Below are positions 59,597 to 64,000 of a DNA stretch of 64,000 nucleotides, piece after piece. How positions within the stretch are numbered: position 1 is the first letter of the stretch; the number at the start of each line of letters is the position of its first letter. Under the pieces are notes generated by a model. The model saw only the letters and a list, made by a program, of their open reading frames with translations, was not told the DNA's origin and searched no databases. The stretch is from Mayamaea pseudoterrestris. Lineage: Eukaryota. The stretch is from the NCBI GenBank assembly GCA_027923505.1, contig BROI01000006.1, positions 1,116,001 through 1,180,000 on the forward strand, in the 5' to 3' direction. The translations under genes and the position numbers were made by a program.

Positions 59597-60645
59597 TGCC
59601 GTGTATGAAAGTGCTCCTTACAGTTATTCCCCTTGACTAGACGCAAAGGAAGACGACTGCTGCTATTAGACGTATAAAGGCGTCGATGAGGGATCAAACC
59701 AACGAGAGTCTCTTATCGTCGTCAGTCGCGGAGGGAGGAAGGCTTCTCAGTCTCGGCGACGACGCGTCGACCCTTGCTGTGGCGTGCATTTCCGTGACGC
59801 ACCCAAGGCATTTGTTTGAAAACTTCAAGAATGACCGCATTGACAGTTCTTTTGGCAAGACTCGAAGTCGAGCGACCAATTTGACGGGACTCGTGACCAT
59901 TGCGCATGTTCGCTATAGCTGGCCAGCTATCAGACCATAAATAGATCATACCAGCAGTACATGCAGCACAATACAACTATATTATGTGCAGCCTCACTAG
60001 CTTAGCTATGTAGAGTTGGCAGTAATGGCTCTACTAGATTGATAAAGGTATGTGGAGCGACAAGCATTGTGAAACATCTTAAAGCTTCAATTCGGCAAGA
60101 TCCCGTCGGCAACCAGAGGCTCCAAACCTTGAATCTGCAGCTCGTACGATAGCTTGGAGAAGCAGTCGTCATCTTTTCCTCTCTCGCCTTTTGGTTGCTT
60201 GTTGGAAATCTGTACCGTCATCGTCGCGGCAGATTTCTTGCGGCCTCGAGGCTTTGCGCTGTTTTTTACTATAACTCTGGGCGGAGTAGATGGTTCTCTT
60301 TTTGTTTGAGTCTGCTCACTATAATGTACTCTTTGGGAAGATGGTCCTTCTTCTCGTTTGCTTGTAGCTGGTGCTTTCATGTTCCCTTATTGTACATCTT
60401 AGCGGGATCATACTCGTTACTATACTCGCTTCCTTACACCATATATGCAACCTCTACCGGAACAATCACAACAACCTCTCTGCAAACTACAACCATGCAT
60501 CGCATAGAAACTCACTTAAAAGAATAAAGTACGAGCGCTCTAACGATGTATTTCATGGTGGTGACGACTACCTTTTACACTCAATCACTCACATTCATGC
60601 ATTCATGAATTCAATTCAAACTTGACCATAAAAAATCTATCTTGT

Positions 60646-61754
60646 CTAATTGGACGCAAATGAAACCTTGGCTGTGATTTCCTGCGCCAAGGCCTCGTTG
60701 TAGCTCGATCTAAACTCTGTGGCAGCACTAGGATCCGTGGTGTTGGGTCTGGCAAACTCAATCTTGAGAATCAAGTGGTCAAAGCCTGAAGAGCGCGCAA
60801 GTGGTGAAATAAGTTGAAAGAGCAGTATAGAGAATACAAGTTAGAACAAGTGAAAAGGTATGCATGAGTACAGCATACATACATATATAAATACATACCA
60901 TGTCCTTGCAAACCCTCCATAGCTCGCTCCGCATCCTCCTTGTTGACAAATGACACGAAGGCAAACCCTCTACTTTCCATAGTTTTCTTATCCTTGAGTA
61001 AGTAGACGCGCAAAATGGGTCCGTATCGCGCAAACAGGTCCTTAATGTCCGACTCGGTGGTGCTCGTCGACAAATTGGTGACCCGCAACGTGTTCAAGTC
61101 ATCCGTCCGGCGAAAGCCGCCAGTGTCGGGATTGACAACTCCAGCCTGCTGCGCGGGCGTCATGTACTCGCCGGGGCCAGCAGAGCCTGCTGCACCTGGC
61201 GTGGAACCTCCGCCGCTGGCCAATGAATTTTCAACCTGCGTCCAACCCTCGTTGCTGCCTCCTCCTTCCGCTCCAGGAGTACCGCCAACGTCATACTTGC
61301 GCTCCAACTGCCGGCGCTTCTGCTTGGCCCAAAAGGCATTCAAGTTTCTGGCTATGGCGGCGTCCGCATCCTGCTCCTGCAAATCCGTGTTGGCGCGCGG
61401 ATCCTCCAGTAGAGTTTCCTCCTTGCTTTGCACTGTGGTTTGGTTCTTTTCCTTTGTGTCAGTCGCCGCTTGACCGAACTCCCTCCACTGCCCACGCTCC
61501 TGCATACGCTCGGCGTCCTTGGCGGTGACGGTATCCATGTTGCTCTTGGTGATGGTTTTGATCAATTGGCGCGAGTGCTTGTGGTGACGCTTGTAGGTGG
61601 TGGTGGTTTGAATCCCCTGGCTGTCGAACCAAGACTCGTTTGTGGGTGGCACAACAACTGGTTTATTGTCGTTACTGGAGGAGCCGCGCGTTTCATCATC
61701 GTCGTCAGAATCGTCCATGTTGTCGGCCCAGCGGGGATTATTAGTTGATACCAT
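60646..61754 (-). CDS. eIF3g: Eukaryotic translation initiation factor 3 subunit G; exons 61754-60899 and 60785-60646
   Basis: RWAD, ERGQWREFG, RRM (NTLRVTNLS...SRGFAFVSF...GLQGHG|FDHLILKIEFA) across a GT-AG intron. Confidence 0.88.
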
Positions 61755-62170
61755 GTTTCTTGCTGGCTTGCTTGTTTCGTTAAGAGAGAAACGCGAGCTT
61801 GAGAGAGAAACGAAAACGCCATGGCAGAGGCTCGCAACGAGAACGGCTCGCAAGAAAAACGAGGCTCGTGATGAATGCGTGATCGAAGCAGTCATTCCCA
61901 TATGACGTTTCAATGATCGTTGTGAGAACGACCAATGCATGCGAACATGCAAGCACGCTCACTTAACAAAATGACTGGATTGACATTATGCGATCTTGCT
62001 TGACTTATCTAAAAGTATCAGGCTTAACTAATTGACTGGATAGATTGAGTCAAGATTGAAATAGTGACTCCGCGCAAAATGGCAACAGCCTTCGAATGAG
62101 CGATTACAAAACCAAACTCGAGCAAGTCAGCACAAAGCATACAGATTGTTGCTCAAACAGAGCCATTACC

Positions 62171-62695
62171 ATGATTCAGCGGTTACCCAACCTTCTCCTC
62201 ATTGCACTTGTTGCATTCAGCAGCAGCAGTTTCGTTCCATCGGTTGCAGCTGCAGCGTCTACGGAACCAGACGTTTGGATGCTCACGCTGCTGGGCAAGA
62301 ATGATGAGGACGGCAACTGCAAAGCCCAAGCCGACGAGATTGGAACGTATGTGCAAGAAACATTCAACGCTGCCATTCCCGGAATCACTCCCTACGATCC
62401 AGTCGTTGATGATACAACAACCAATAGTAATCGCTTCCTGCGCAGCAGCAGTCGCCGCCAGCTGGCCATTAAGCTATGCGCCCGCACCTACTGCTCCAAG
62501 CCACGCAACTGGGACGAGTGCTACTTTTCCGGATGCTCCTGCAGCTGCGGACGAAGCAGGCAGCTGGCGGTCACTGCCAGCAGCGACATGGCCCAGGTAC
62601 TCAAGGCCAAGCGCGACTTGGACAAGTGGGTCACGGCCAAGGGAGTGGAACTTGGATGTGAGCTTGGACTGGTCATGGAGAAAATGAGGGGATAG
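62171..62695 (+). CDS. Secreted precursor with an RxL-flanked 6-Cys peptide, paralog 1
   Basis: Signal peptide MIQRLPNLLLIALVAFSSS; RFLR...RRQL-AIKLCARTYCSKPRNWDECYFSGCSCSCG-RSRQL; homologous to 63231-63710. Confidence 0.85.
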   Translation: MIQRLPNLLLIALVAFSSSSFVPSVAAAASTEPDVWMLTLLGKNDEDGNCKAQADEIGTYVQETFNAAIPGITPYDPVVDDTTTNSNRFLRSSSRRQLAIKLCARTYCSKPRNWDECYFSGCSCSCGRSRQLAVTASSDMAQVLKAKRDLDKWVTAKGVELGCELGLVMEKMRG

Positions 62696-63230
62696 CTACT
62701 GGAGATGAGGATATTGAGACTCGCGTTTAGTCGGTCTCGGGCGCTGTGTACTTTCATAGCTCGCGCGAAGCGTTCCTGCGATGCGACCGTTGCTGGACTT
62801 GCATCTTTGGAAAGACGTTCGTGGCCTCTTTCAAGCTCGAGTGACTGAAGCTTTAATAACGGCGTTTTGCCATTGATGATAGATTTACATTATATATAAA
62901 TGTCGTCTTTCATCTAGGTAGCGTCAACCAATCATCCTGACTGTCCATAGTTCCAGACAACTTGCTTCGCGTTGTGTAGCAATTTTGCATACTATTCCGT
63001 AGTGATCATCCATGCACTCATTCACTACTCGAGTACGTCTTTTGTGATGTACTTTACCTATGTACTTTCATAAAATAAAGAGTTAATATGACTGCGATAA
63101 TTCTATCAGCAAGCGGCTTTGTAGCCTTGTTAAGTCTACGTATGAATTGGAAATGCAAGCGGCAACGAGCGAAGGGATCGTCATGGCCGAGGAAAGAAGG
63201 AATAAAAGGTGTTGCATGCATTCTCGTCTC

Positions 63231-63710
63231 CTAGGTCACCTTTTTCAACACCAATCCAAGCTCACAGCCGAGCTCCACACCCTTGGTGACAAGCATGGCA
63301 TCGAGAATTCGCTTGGCTTCCAGAATTTGCGCCTGGTCGCTGGCATTTTCTGACACTAGCTCACGTCCTCGGCCGCACGTGCATGAGCAACCACTAAAGA
63401 TGCAAACATCCCAGTTGCGTGGCTTTGAGCAGTAGGTGCGGTCGCAAACGTTAATGGTGGTAAGCTCGCGGTGGACGCTGCGTAGAAAGCGGCCAGCATT
63501 GTCATCTGGATAGTAGGTGGTAAAGCCAGGGACGGCGGCGTTGAATACATCCTGGACTTGCTGACCTATCGCATCGGCTTGGGCGAGGCAAGCACCGTTT
63601 ACATCGTTTCGCCCGAGAACGTTGAGCGCCCAAAGGTTGGCCGGTTTGGCGGCAGAAACCGAATGAACGCAGGCAAATGCAGCAAGGAGGAGTGACAGGA
63701 TTTGGATCAT
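63231..63710 (-). CDS. Secreted precursor with an RxL-flanked 6-Cys peptide, paralog 2
   Basis: Signal peptide MIQILSLLLAAFACVHSVSA; RFLR...REL-TTINVCDRTYCSKPRNWDVCIFSGCSCTCG-RGREL. Confidence 0.85.
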   Translation of the reverse strand: MIQILSLLLAAFACVHSVSAAKPANLWALNVLGRNDVNGACLAQADAIGQQVQDVFNAAVPGFTTYYPDDNAGRFLRSVHRELTTINVCDRTYCSKPRNWDVCIFSGCSCTCGRGRELVSENASDQAQILEAKRILDAMLVTKGVELGCELGLVLKKVT

Positions 63711-64000
63711 GTTTGAAGTCTTGAGGTGAATAGCTTGGACAATTTTGTCGAATTATGAGAGCTTGGAGGTTGGCGATTGTCGGGAGGCGTTTGATGAGTT
63801 TGTGAGTGCATTGCGCAGCATGGCGCCCGGCGAAAGTTTTTAATCGTCGAATCATCGTCGGAAATGGCCAGTGACTTGAAGGGCCTATTCGTCAATGACC
63901 ACCGAAACCGTTCGACTGGTTAATTTAAGTAGGCAATGAATCAGTCAAAGTTCCGGTGAAATATCAGTCTTGAACTGTCGTCATTAAGGCTTAAGCGAGG

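Noticed and set aside
59694..60380. Short minus-strand ORFs (97 aa and 68 aa) as a gene
   Set aside because: No recognisable domain and no convincing splice model.
61755..61952. N-terminal extension of eIF3g
   Set aside because: Similarity to eIF3g begins at MVSTNNPRWAD (ATG 61754); the upstream frame is probably 5' UTR.

Overview
Eukaryotic nuclear DNA, most likely a diatom: short GT-AG introns, several signal peptides followed by an F/W 'ASAF'-type plastid-targeting motif, and a CoDi-like Ty1/copia element. Bases 1-43.2 kb are gene-dense: plastid YgfZ/GcvT-like protein, COX4-like protein, sulfurtransferase, ribonucleotide reductase R1, BTB protein, pyruvate carboxylase, Rab7-like GTPase, DHHC acyltransferase, myosin, XRN-family nuclease, HAD hydrolase, anoctamin, a DUF1769/DUF547-like protein and formate-THF ligase. 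Five short arrays of two related 42/43-bp repeat families all lie 5' of genes. Bases 43.4-58.5 kb form a repeat island: about 9 copies of a 169-bp palindrome-containing satellite, a head-to-tail 4-LTR dimer of a 6.58-kb copia element (CA-AT-TG junction, no target-site duplication, shared mid-gag frameshift and shared LTR SNP), and an inverted satellite remnant. The right end has eIF3g and two convergent paralogous secreted precursors, each carrying an RxL-flanked 6-Cys peptide. Best candidates for new biology: the Cys-peptide precursor pair, the putatively plastid-targeted XRN with two dsRBD-like segments, the promoter repeat system and the copia dimer. All assignments come from reading motifs by eye; no searches were run.
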